A stretch of 64,000 bases of DNA from Bacillota bacterium (GTDB lineage Bacteria > Bacillota_I > Bacilli_A > RFN20 > CAG-288). The stretch spans positions 17,242 through 81,241 of the forward strand of contig JAEWSP010000001.1 of NCBI GenBank assembly GCA_023459795.1, read 5' to 3'. Both the position numbers and the translations under genes were made by a program. Below are positions 35,993 to 44,744 of this stretch, in pieces (within the stretch, counting starts at the first letter, position 1; each line of letters starts with the position of its first letter). The notes below the pieces were generated by a model. That model had not been told where the DNA came from and did not search any database. It saw only the letters and a program-made list of their open reading frames with translations.

Positions 35993-36006
35993 TTACGAAA
36001 ACGATT
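35993..36006. promoter_or_regulatory. Candidate LacI-family operator copy 2 (TTACGAAAACGATT)
   Basis: Exact reverse complement of 35863-35876, placed 11 nt downstream of the -10 element. Confidence 0.4.
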
Positions 36007-36063
36007 AAGCTTATAATTCAATTGTAAGTAATCGGTTTCGTCTCCAAAAAGAGGCTAGAAAAC

Positions 36064-38490
36064 ATGAAATTCGGACATTTTGACGACAAAGCTAGAGAAT
36101 ATGTCATTGAAACCCCTCATACACCACTTCCGTGGATCAACTTCCTGGGGATCAATGATTTTCACTCTTTAATCTCCAATACCTTGGGTGGATACTCTTT
36201 CTACAAGGATGCGAAACTCCGCCGTCTCACCCGCTATCGGTACAATAATGTCCCGCGTGATGTTTCGGGCCGTTTCTATTATATTAAGGATGAAAACTCT
36301 ACCTGGAATCTCGCTTACCTTCCTTGCAAAACGGCTTTGGATTTTTATGAAGTACGTCATGGACTTAGCTACTCCACTTTTGAAGCGGAGAAGAACGGAA
36401 TCCATTCCCTTCTCACGGCTTTCGTTCCAATTCATGACAACTGCGAGATCAATAAGATTGTTTTAACTAACGTCAGCAAGACTCCGAAAAAGTTCTCTTT
36501 ATACGGAGCCGTTGAGTTCTGCCTTTATAACGCTGTTGATGATGCCAACAACTACCAGAGAAATTTAAATCTCGCGGAAGTCGAAATTGACGATAAAACC
36601 ATCTATAATAAAACGGAGTACAGAGAGCGAAGGAATCATTACTGCTTCTGGCATGTGTCTGTCAACCATGATGGCTACGACACTTCCAGAGACGCTTTCC
36701 TGGGTGTTGAAAACGGCTGGTATAATCCGGATGCCGTAAGACTTGGGGCTTCCTTCAACTCTGCCGTCACGGAGTATTACCCGATCGGTTGCCATCGGCT
36801 GGACATCGTCCTTGCCCCAGGCGAAAGCAAGACTGTCGTCTTCCTTCTAGGCTATGTCGAAAACGAGAAAGACAAGAAGTACTCTAGCAAGAACGTCATC
36901 AACAAGGACAAAGCCTTGGATATCATCAATCGTTACGATGATGTAAAGAACGTTGATGCCGCCTTCGATGACTTGAAGAAGTATTGGGATAAGCATCTCT
37001 CTATCTTCCAGGTAATGAGCGGAGACGAAAAGTTCGACCGTATGGCCAATACCTGGAATCAGTATCAGTGCATGGTTACGTATATGATGTCCCGTTCTGC
37101 TTCTTACTTCGAGACCGGAACCGGAAGAGGTATGGGATTCCGTGATTCCTGCCAGGATCTACTCGGATTCGTCCATCTCATCCCGGAGAAGGCAAGAGAA
37201 AGAATCATCGATATTGCTTCGATTCAGTTCAAGGATGGTTCCACCTATCATCAGTACCAGCCGTTAACCAAGTGCGGAAATGCCGATATCGGATCCGGAT
37301 TCAATGATGATCCGCTTTGGCTAGTCGGTGCAACATGCGCCTACATCAAGGAAACCGGCGATACGTCCATCCTGGATGTTCCGACTCCTTTCGATAATAA
37401 GAAGGGTACAGAGAAGCCTTTGTATGATCACCTCGTCACTTCCCTGAACTACACAATCCAGAACAAAGGTCCGCATGGTCTTCCTCTTATCGGAAGAGCT
37501 GACTGGAACGATTGCCTGAACCTGAACTGCTTCTCGGAGACGGACGGAGAATCCTTCCAGACGGTTGAGAACAACGATACGCATACTGCAGAAAGCATCT
37601 TCATCTCCGGCATGTTCGTCCTATACGGAAGAGAGTTTGCCGAACTGGCCGCCCGTCTGGGAAAGAAGGCGGATGCAGCAGTTGTCAATAAGGCCGCCCA
37701 GGGATTCGAGCAGGCGACTATCCAGTACGGTTTCGACTATCAGGGCGGATACTTCCTTAGGGCATACGATGCCTTCAGCAAGGAAGTCGGATCCAGCCGG
37801 TGCGAGGAAGGCAAGATCTTCATCGAACCGCAGGGCTTCTGCACAATGGCCAGGATCGGTGCCAAGGAAGGGCTGGGAAGAAAAGCTATGGAAAGCTCCC
37901 TCAAATACCTCCTGGATGATTGGGGTGCCGAAATCGTCTATCCGCCTTATTCCCGTTACCATGTAGAACTTGGCGAAATCTCCTCTTACCCGCAGGGCGT
38001 CAAGGAAAACGGTGCTGTGTTCAACCACAACAATCCGTGGCTTACCATTGCCCTCTGCAAGGAAGGGATGAAGGAAGAGGCGTTCGACCTATACAAGCGG
38101 AACGCTCCTGCTTACATCGAAGACAAATCCGATATCCACAAGACCGAGCCTTATGTCTACTCTCAGATGATTGCAGGCCGTTACAGTGCCAATTACGGAG
38201 AAGCCAAGAACTCCTGGCTTACAGGAAGCGCCACTTGGTCCTTCGTTGCTCTCTCGGAAGGCATCTTAGGTATTATCCCGGATTGGGACGGGCTCATTAT
38301 CAAGCCTTGCCTAAGCAAGAAATTCCAGAAGGTTGAAATCCAGCGTCTATTCCGCGGGAAGAAGTTCCTTATCCAGATTGAGAATACTGGAGCAGAATTC
38401 TCTCTCATGGTAAACGGGACGAAGCAGACCTCTCCTCTTGTTCTGCTGAAAGATGGCGTCGATACCTACAATGTCGTGGTGAGCTGCTAG
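36064..38490 (+). CDS. GH94 glycoside phosphorylase (cellobiose/chitobiose/laminaribiose-phosphorylase type)
   Basis: N-terminus MKFGHFDDKAREYVIETPHTPLPWINFLG and catalytic-region motif GRADWNDCLNL are characteristic of GH94. 808 aa. Confidence 0.88.
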   Translation: MKFGHFDDKAREYVIETPHTPLPWINFLGINDFHSLISNTLGGYSFYKDAKLRRLTRYRYNNVPRDVSGRFYYIKDENSTWNLAYLPCKTALDFYEVRHGLSYSTFEAEKNGIHSLLTAFVPIHDNCEINKIVLTNVSKTPKKFSLYGAVEFCLYNAVDDANNYQRNLNLAEVEIDDKTIYNKTEYRERRNHYCFWHVSVNHDGYDTSRDAFLGVENGWYNPDAVRLGASFNSAVTEYYPIGCHRLDIVLAPGESKTVVFLLGYVENEKDKKYSSKNVINKDKALDIINRYDDVKNVDAAFDDLKKYWDKHLSIFQVMSGDEKFDRMANTWNQYQCMVTYMMSRSASYFETGTGRGMGFRDSCQDLLGFVHLIPEKARERIIDIASIQFKDGSTYHQYQPLTKCGNADIGSGFNDDPLWLVGATCAYIKETGDTSILDVPTPFDNKKGTEKPLYDHLVTSLNYTIQNKGPHGLPLIGRADWNDCLNLNCFSETDGESFQTVENNDTHTAESIFISGMFVLYGREFAELAARLGKKADAAVVNKAAQGFEQATIQYGFDYQGGYFLRAYDAFSKEVGSSRCEEGKIFIEPQGFCTMARIGAKEGLGRKAMESSLKYLLDDWGAEIVYPPYSRYHVELGEISSYPQGVKENGAVFNHNNPWLTIALCKEGMKEEAFDLYKRNAPAYIEDKSDIHKTEPYVYSQMIAGRYSANYGEAKNSWLTGSATWSFVALSEGILGIIPDWDGLIIKPCLSKKFQKVEIQRLFRGKKFLIQIENTGAEFSLMVNGTKQTSPLVLLKDGVDTYNVVVSC

Positions 38491-38514
38491 CAAAGAATAA
38501 TAGGAGGAAGCAAT

Positions 38515-40077
38515 ATGGCAGAAGAACAAAAGAAGGTAGAAGCGAAGAAGCCGGTGTCGAAAAGGCTCAACTTTTTCCAGCGTAAAGCTCTCGAAAAGAA
38601 AGAGATGAGGATGGGAAAGAGGATGATTGCCGAGGAGAAGAAGAGAGACAGCAAAATCACCTATACTTCTCCTAAGGATGCTTATGTTTCCCTTCAGAGA
38701 ATCCACAAGATCTACGACAACGGCTATCATGCCGTCCATGATTTCTCCATCGATATCAAGCAGCATGAGTTCATTGTCTTCGTCGGTCCTTCCGGCTGCG
38801 GTAAATCCACAACCCTGAGAATGGTCGCCGGACTCGAGGATATCTCGGCCGGTGCTCTCTTCATCGATGGCGATTACATGAACGATGTCGCTCCGAAGGA
38901 TAGAGGAATCGCAATGGTCTTCCAGTCCTATGCCCTTTATCCGCATCTCACCGTCTACGAAAATATGGCCTATCCGCTGAAGATCATGCATCTCAGCAAG
39001 GCCGAAATCGACAAGAGAATCATGGATGCCGCAAACATCCTTCAGATCGAGCCTCTTCTTGACCGCAAGCCGAAGGCACTCTCCGGTGGCCAGAGACAGC
39101 GTGTCGCCCTTGGCCGGGCCATCGTCCGCCATGCGAAGGTCCTGCTCATGGATGAACCTCTTTCCAACCTCGATGCCAAACTCCGTGTCCAGATGAGAAG
39201 CGAAATCGTCTCCCTCCATAACCAGCTCGGCGCTACGACTATTTATGTCACTCATGACCAGACGGAAGCTATGACCATGGCTTCCCGTATCGTTGTCATG
39301 AAAGTCGGATATGTGCAGCAGATCGGAACTCCGATCGAAGTCTTCCAGCATCCTTATAACCTCTTCGTCGCCGGATTCATCGGATCCCCGAGCATGAACT
39401 TCTATGAAGCCGATTACAACAACGGCGTCCTGACTCTTGCTGACGGAAACAAGATTGTCCTTTCGGCAAATCAGGTCAAGCTCCACAACGAATATTACGA
39501 AAAGAAGGAGAATGGCGACAAGGCAAGAATTGCTGAACTCACCACTCTCATTGCTGAATCCAAGAGGGATCTCGCCAATGATCCGAAGATGAAGGAGCTC
39601 TTGGATAGCGTCAACGAGAAGATTGCCAATCTTTCCAAGTCTCTTGAAAACCCGGCCGCTCTCCCGGAAGGGGAAGAGGAAAAGCAGAAGGCCGAAATCA
39701 AGCGTCTCATCGAAGACCGGAAGAAGCTTGGATACGGCATCTACGACCGTGAAGAAGAGAAGGCTAAGCTCGAAGCAGAAATCCTTACGATCGAAGACAT
39801 CAAGAAGAACAACCATCAGAAGGTCATCATGGGTCTCCGTCCGGAAGATATCCACAACGGAGAAGGCGCCCATGAAGGAGCAGCCGTGGAAGTCACCGTC
39901 ACCATGGCCGAGCTTCTCGGAAACGAATACTACATCCATGCCAGCTTCGGCGGCAAGGACACAATTGCCCGTTTCCCGTCTGACTCTATGATCAAGACCG
40001 GCGACAAGGTCAAGCTTCTTCTTGACTTAAAGAAACTGCATATCTTCTCAACGACTACTGAGCTCTGCATTTTCTAG
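38515..40077 (+). CDS. MsmK/UgpC-type sugar ABC ATPase with a basic N-terminal extension and a roughly 115-aa charged insertion in the C-terminal regulatory domain
   Basis: Walker [24 protein letters not shown] and [11 protein letters not shown]. The insertion runs [18 protein letters not shown]...[20 protein letters not shown]. The antisense ORF 38347..39939 is a shadow. Confidence 0.88.
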   Translation: MAEEQKKVEAKKPVSKRLNFFQRKALEKKEMRMGKRMIAEEKKRDSKITYTSPKDAYVSLQRIHKIYDNGYHAVHDFSIDIKQHEFIVFVGPSGCGKSTTLRMVAGLEDISAGALFIDGDYMNDVAPKDRGIAMVFQSYALYPHLTVYENMAYPLKIMHLSKAEIDKRIMDAANILQIEPLLDRKPKALSGGQRQRVALGRAIVRHAKVLLMDEPLSNLDAKLRVQMRSEIVSLHNQLGATTIYVTHDQTEAMTMASRIVVMKVGYVQQIGTPIEVFQHPYNLFVAGFIGSPSMNFYEADYNNGVLTLADGNKIVLSANQVKLHNEYYEKKENGDKARIAELTTLIAESKRDLANDPKMKELLDSVNEKIANLSKSLENPAALPEGEEEKQKAEIKRLIEDRKKLGYGIYDREEEKAKLEAEILTIEDIKKNNHQKVIMGLRPEDIHNGEGAHEGAAVEVTVTMAELLGNEYYIHASFGGKDTIARFPSDSMIKTGDKVKLLLDLKKLHIFSTTTELCIF

Positions 40078-40091
40078 GCGGAGGAAGAATC

Positions 40092-41183
40092 ATGGCAGAA
40101 AAAACAAAAAAAGACCTGTCACCGGAAGAAAGCATTCTTTCCCCGTATGGCAGGCTAAGGCTCAAGATCGTCAATAAGTTCTCCAAGAACAAGGGAACGA
40201 AGTCGCGCCACAAGATGGTCAACTATGCGAAATACGGCTACATGTTCCTGATTCCTTTCTTCGTCATCTTCTTTATCTTCCAGCTCGTCCCGCTTATCCA
40301 GACCTTCTATTATTCCTTCAACACCTATTACAAGGATGGACTAGACATGGTCGGGCCTACTTTCTGCGGATGGAGCAACTATGTCAAGATGTTTACGGAT
40401 CCGACCATCCGGCTAGGCGATTTCTTCGCTAATACGGCTATCATCTGGATCTGCGGTTTCATTCCTCAGATCGTCGTCTCCCTGCTTCTGGCTATCTTCT
40501 TCACCGATGAGAGACTCAAGCTAAAAGGCACGAAGTTCTTCCAGACAGTTACCTACATGCCTAACCTCGTCATGTCCAGTGCCTTCGGTATGCTCTTCCT
40601 GATGCTCTTCTCGGGTGTCGGACCTGTCAACCAGCTCTTCGGAACTCACATTTCCTTCATTGACGACGTGTGGTGGGTCAGAGGAATCCTTTCTTTCATC
40701 AACTGGCTTATGTGGTTCGGAAATACTGCAATTCTCCTGATGTCCGGCATCATGGGCATCGATGAATCCCTCTTCGAATCCGCTCGACTGGATGGCTCTT
40801 CGGCTTGGCATACGTTCTGGCATATCACAATGCCTCTTCTGATGCCTATCTTCGTATACGTCCTCATCACTTCCCTCATCGGCGGAATCCAGCTCTTCGA
40901 TGTCGCCTATATCTTCACCGGTGGAAGCGGTGGACCGCAAATGACTTCCAATACGATCATGATGTATCTTTACAGCCTTGTCACCAATGCTCAGGACTTC
41001 GGTCTCTCGGGTGCCGTATCTGTCTTCCTCTTCTTAATCACTGCTGTCCTTTCGGTCCTGGTCTACAAGACCCTGATTCCGAATTACAGCGCGACAAAGG
41101 CGGAAGCCAAAGCCAGGAAGAAGAGAATGAACTGGCTGAAGAATGCCTATTCGGAAGGAGGAAACGAAAATGGAGCAGACTAA
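40092..41183 (+). CDS. Sugar ABC transporter permease (MalF/UgpA-like)
   Basis: EAA loop ESARLDGSSAWHTFWHITMPLLMP and six TM-like segments. Confidence 0.85.
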   Translation: MAEKTKKDLSPEESILSPYGRLRLKIVNKFSKNKGTKSRHKMVNYAKYGYMFLIPFFVIFFIFQLVPLIQTFYYSFNTYYKDGLDMVGPTFCGWSNYVKMFTDPTIRLGDFFANTAIIWICGFIPQIVVSLLLAIFFTDERLKLKGTKFFQTVTYMPNLVMSSAFGMLFLMLFSGVGPVNQLFGTHISFIDDVWWVRGILSFINWLMWFGNTAILLMSGIMGIDESLFESARLDGSSAWHTFWHITMPLLMPIFVYVLITSLIGGIQLFDVAYIFTGGSGGPQMTSNTIMMYLYSLVTNAQDFGLSGAVSVFLFLITAVLSVLVYKTLIPNYSATKAEAKARKKRMNWLKNAYSEGGNENGAD

Positions 41184-42075
41184 ACAAGCACCGGTCTTCC
41201 ATGTTCCATCTACGCAGAAGAAGAAATACAAATCCTCTTCTGCTTCCCTGACCGTCTCCCGCATCTTCATCTATATCTTCCTGATTTTTCTCACTCTCCT
41301 CTGCCTCTTCCCGTTCTATATTCTTCTTGTTAATTGTTCGTATCCTAGCTCTCAGATTCAGCAGGGCTTCCATTGGTGGTTCGGCAACTACTTCGCCAAC
41401 AACTGGAACAAACTCTTCAATAATTCCGGTACTCCGGTCGGAAAAGCTTTGTTCAACTCCCTTTGGCTGGCCCTTGTAAACTCCATCTTGACTGTCTACT
41501 TCTCCTCTCTGACCGCCTTTGCTACCCATACCTACCGTTTCAAGGGAAAGAAGTTCGTTGAAAACTTCATCCTCCTCATCATGATGATTCCGACTCAGGT
41601 CTCTTCCATGGGTCTTGTCCTCTATTGCATCCAGCACGGACTTACGAATAACTACTGGATCCTGATCCTTCCCTGCATTGCTGCTCCTGCAACCTACTTC
41701 TATATGAAGCAATACATGGATTCCATCCTGCCTTATGAAGTCATCGAAGCCGCCCGTGTGGACGGCACTTCCGAAATCGGTATCTTTCACAAGATCGTTC
41801 TTCCGATCATCAAGCCGGCTCTTGCTGTTCAGTTCATCTTCTGCTATGTCGGAAACTGGAACAACTTCTTCACACCGGCAATGCTTCTCAACGAAGAGAA
41901 CATGAAGACGATTCCTCTTATCATCTCCTCCTTCAAGAATTCCGATCCCCGTACCTTCGATCTCGGTTTGGTCTACATGCTTATCACGGTCGCTGTTGTT
42001 CCGATCCTGATCGTCTACCTTATCTTCTCCCGTAGTATCATCAAGAACCTGACCAGCGGTGCTGTCAAGGGATAA
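41170..42075 (+). CDS. Sugar ABC transporter permease (MalG/UgpE-like)
   Basis: EAA loop EAARVDGTSEIGIFHKIVLPIIKP. ATG 41170 follows GGAGGAAACGAAA and overlaps the upstream gene by 14 nt. Confidence 0.85.
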   Translation: MEQTKQAPVFHVPSTQKKKYKSSSASLTVSRIFIYIFLIFLTLLCLFPFYILLVNCSYPSSQIQQGFHWWFGNYFANNWNKLFNNSGTPVGKALFNSLWLALVNSILTVYFSSLTAFATHTYRFKGKKFVENFILLIMMIPTQVSSMGLVLYCIQHGLTNNYWILILPCIAAPATYFYMKQYMDSILPYEVIEAARVDGTSEIGIFHKIVLPIIKPALAVQFIFCYVGNWNNFFTPAMLLNEENMKTIPLIISSFKNSDPRTFDLGLVYMLITVAVVPILIVYLIFSRSIIKNLTSGAVKG

Positions 42076-42104
42076 AAAACAGGTTACCTTCTTCTAAACT
42101 CGGA

Positions 42105-42140
42105 AACAGGATCGGACCCCTTTCGATCCTGTTTTCTTTT
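42105..42140 (+). terminator. Terminator of the GH94-ABC operon
   Basis: Stem AACAGGATCG / CGATCCTGTT (42105-42114 and 42124-42133) followed by TTTCTTTT. Confidence 0.75.
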
Positions 42141-42156
42141 GACCTTATAACTCCAT

Positions 42157-42190
42157 CAAAAAAGCCCTGCCCGGAGGCAGGGCTGATTTT
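42157..42190 (-). terminator. Terminator of the LacI-family gene
   Basis: Stem GCCCTGCC-CGGA-GGCAGGGC (42164-42183) followed on the minus strand by TTTTTTGA. Confidence 0.7.
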
Positions 42191-42200
42191 TGACCTAGGA

Positions 42201-43208
42201 CTACAGGATCGACTTCGTCGTTCCGCCTTCCTGGACATAGCCGTCGATATAGATAACCTTCGGAGTAAACGTCTCCGGAGACTGGATCTGCTCGATCAGC
42301 TGACGGGAAGCTTCTCTTCCGAGCTCTTCGGAATTCTGGTGGTAGGTGGTGTAGGAAGGTCTAGCAATCCGGCTGATATCGATTCCATCGTATCCGACAA
42401 CGGAGATATCATTCGGAACCTTGTAGCCGTCTTCATTCAGGGCGGTAATAGCTCCCATCATGGCAACATCATCTGTCGTGAAGATGCAGGTCGGGCGGTT
42501 AGCTAACCGCATAAGCTGCTGTACTGCTCTTCCGCAGGCACGGGGATCATGGTATCTGCCCTGCACAAGCCAATCCGGATTTTCCTTGATTCCAAGTTCC
42601 CGGCATTCCTTATGGAAGGAGGCAAGCCGGCGCATCGTGACATCCGTTGCATCACCATAGATAACAGCTAGCTTCGTATGGCCAAGCCCATGAACATAGG
42701 AAACGAGCTTTGCCATTCCCTGGGAATTGTCGCTCATGACGGCCGTAGCAGAATTGAAGACATAGTCGATTGTGACAACCGGAATCGTGGAATTGACCAG
42801 TTCGATGACTTCCGGATTGGTGTAGTCTTCCGTAACAATGACAATGCCATCGACATTTCTATATTTTGCAAGCTGCAGATAACTCATTCCGTTTCCCGGC
42901 ATTTTGGAGAGGAAGAAGATAGTGTAGCCACGGCTTTCGGCCTCGACCTTGACGGAGTCCAGGATGGAGGAGAAGAATTCATGCTTCAAGCCGCCCTGGG
43001 TAGGATCCACATAGACAACACCGATTGTGAAAGATTTACGAGTCTTTAACGCACGGGCAAAAGCATTTGGGACATACCCTAATTCGTTTGCCTTTTTCTT
43101 GATTCTTTCAATGGTCTGCGGAGCCAGTTCCTTGGAGTCATGGAGAGCTTTGCTGACAGTAGCAATAGAACTGTTCGTAGCAATCGCAATATCCTTTAGT
43201 TTTATCAT
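42201..43208 (-). CDS. LacI family transcriptional regulator
   Basis: HTH MIKLKDIAIATNSSIATVSKALHD followed by a periplasmic-binding-protein-like fold. GGAG RBS 6 nt before ATG 43208. Confidence 0.88.
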   Translation of the reverse strand: MIKLKDIAIATNSSIATVSKALHDSKELAPQTIERIKKKANELGYVPNAFARALKTRKSFTIGVVYVDPTQGGLKHEFFSSILDSVKVEAESRGYTIFFLSKMPGNGMSYLQLAKYRNVDGIVIVTEDYTNPEVIELVNSTIPVVTIDYVFNSATAVMSDNSQGMAKLVSYVHGLGHTKLAVIYGDATDVTMRRLASFHKECRELGIKENPDWLVQGRYHDPRACGRAVQQLMRLANRPTCIFTTDDVAMMGAITALNEDGYKVPNDISVVGYDGIDISRIARPSYTTYHQNSEELGREASRQLIEQIQSPETFTPKVIYIDGYVQEGGTTKSIL

Positions 43209-43222
43209 ACTTTGCTCCTTTT

Positions 43223-43238
43223 CAAACGTTTTCGTTTG
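43223..43238. promoter_or_regulatory. Candidate autoregulatory operator in the lacI-family 5' UTR (CAAACGTTTTCGTTTG)
   Basis: Inverted repeat AAACG-TTTT-CGTTT lying between a TATAAT (minus strand) and the RBS. It shares the CGTTTTCG core with the sites at 35863 and 35993. Confidence 0.4.
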
Positions 43239-43287
43239 CATATATTATACAATGAAAGAAAAATTCAAACAAGCTATTATACTCGTT

Positions 43288-43305
43288 TTCGAAAAATTTT
43301 TCGAA
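43288..43305. promoter_or_regulatory. Perfect 18-bp palindrome TTCGAAAAATTTTTCGAA
   Basis: Seen directly. Overlaps CTCGTTTTCGAAA (CGTTTTCG core) in the divergent lacI/esterase regulatory region. Confidence 0.35.
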
Positions 43306-43513
43306 TCAAATTGAGGCCTTTCAATTCACTTTTTCAACATTTTCTATTTTCCTAAACCTATCTTCTGTCTCTTTTTAAACAAGTTTCTTTTTTCTCCCTT
43401 CTTTTCCGGTCTGATTTGCCTTGCAAAATAGCAAAGAATAACACCCGATTACGCAAGTTCGGTTAACAGAAAAGTCCGCTTTTCCTATAATACTCAAAAA
43501 GGAGACTTTTTGT

Positions 43514-44662
43514 ATGAAATCCAAACACCTGTCTTTTGTTCTACTCCCTCTCCTCCTTTCTTCCTGCAAACAAACCGTTCAATCTTCCTCTGCTTCTTCG
43601 GCTGCTCTTTCTTCCTCCTCGGCTAAGTACCTAGAGACAACAGTATCCGTCCCGGAACACATTGACTATTTCGATGTCCAGGGAAGACTGGAAGTCTTTG
43701 ATGACTGCCTCGCTTTGGACTATTCCGGAAGCTCTCTTACCTTTACCGCCGACTGCCAGGGAGAGGTCTCCGTCAAAGCGGAAAGTGCCTATACGAACTA
43801 TGACGAATCCAGCAACGGAAAAAGAGGCCTCACTCTGTTCTCCGTCTTTGTCGACGGAGAAAGGACGAAGAAGAACCTGGCCCTGGATAACGAAGGGAAG
43901 GATCTGATCCTAGCCGAAGACCTTCTTCCAGGGACCCATGTCTTCTCGCTCGTAAGGCAGACCAATGTCTATATGTCGATCTGCAATGTCTTCTCCATAT
44001 CCTTTTCCGGTTCTTTGCTTCCTACCAAGAAGAAAAAACACTTCATCGAATATATCGGAGACAGCTACACATCCGGCTATAGTCTTCAGGGAGTCAAAGA
44101 AGGGGGAGGATACGATTCCAGCTTCGATGATCCAATCGATGCCTTTGCCTATACCTCAGCGGCTCTGCTTGATTCCGGATACAGCCTCACCGCTTTTTCC
44201 GGTGCTGGATTTGCTTATGGCTATACGCCTTTCGCCGTTCCGAAGGTCTACCCCTATGCCAATTACTTCCGGAACAAGACCGTCAGCTACGGACCGGACA
44301 CCAAAGCCGACCTGGTCGTAATTAATCTTGGAACAAACGATGTTTCTCAGGTCGGTTTTGACAACAACCATAAGCAGATAGAAGAAGGTATCAAGACGCT
44401 TGTAACAGAAGCCTTCGATGCCTACGGAGGAGAGAATATCCCGCTTCTCTTCTGCACAGACAGCACCCATGAAAACAACGACTCCCTGATCACAGAAGCT
44501 ATGTCTTCTTATCTTCCGGATGTACCTTACAAGATGATCGAACTCACAACGAACAATCAGAAGAATAATTATCATCCGGATGCTGAATGCGGTCATATAC
44601 AGGGTAAGGAACTAGCTTCCGCTATCAAGGATTTCTTGCCTTCGGTCTTCGGAGATCAGTGA
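43514..44662 (+). CDS. Lipoprotein SGNH/GDSL hydrolase (carbohydrate-esterase-like, with an N-terminal beta-sandwich-like module)
   Basis: Lipobox LLLSSC. SGNH blocks are IGDSYTSGY (block I), NLGTNDV (block III) and YHPDAECGH (block V DxxH). AAAGGAG RBS, with TTAACA-17-TATAAT upstream. Confidence 0.8.
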   Translation: MKSKHLSFVLLPLLLSSCKQTVQSSSASSAALSSSSAKYLETTVSVPEHIDYFDVQGRLEVFDDCLALDYSGSSLTFTADCQGEVSVKAESAYTNYDESSNGKRGLTLFSVFVDGERTKKNLALDNEGKDLILAEDLLPGTHVFSLVRQTNVYMSICNVFSISFSGSLLPTKKKKHFIEYIGDSYTSGYSLQGVKEGGGYDSSFDDPIDAFAYTSAALLDSGYSLTAFSGAGFAYGYTPFAVPKVYPYANYFRNKTVSYGPDTKADLVVINLGTNDVSQVGFDNNHKQIEEGIKTLVTEAFDAYGGENIPLLFCTDSTHENNDSLITEAMSSYLPDVPYKMIELTTNNQKNNYHPDAECGHIQGKELASAIKDFLPSVFGDQ

Positions 44663-44704
44663 AGAAATCTTAATTTCCAACTTCTATTAAAATAAACAAA
44701 GCAC

Positions 44705-44742
44705 TAAAAAACTCAGCTCTTATGCAAAGCTGAGTTTTTTTC
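44705..44742. terminator. Bidirectional terminator between the esterase and GH3 genes
   Basis: Stem ACTCAGCT / AGCTGAGT (44711-44718 and 44728-44735) flanked by AAAAAA and TTTTTTT. Confidence 0.75.
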
Positions 44743-44744
44743 TG

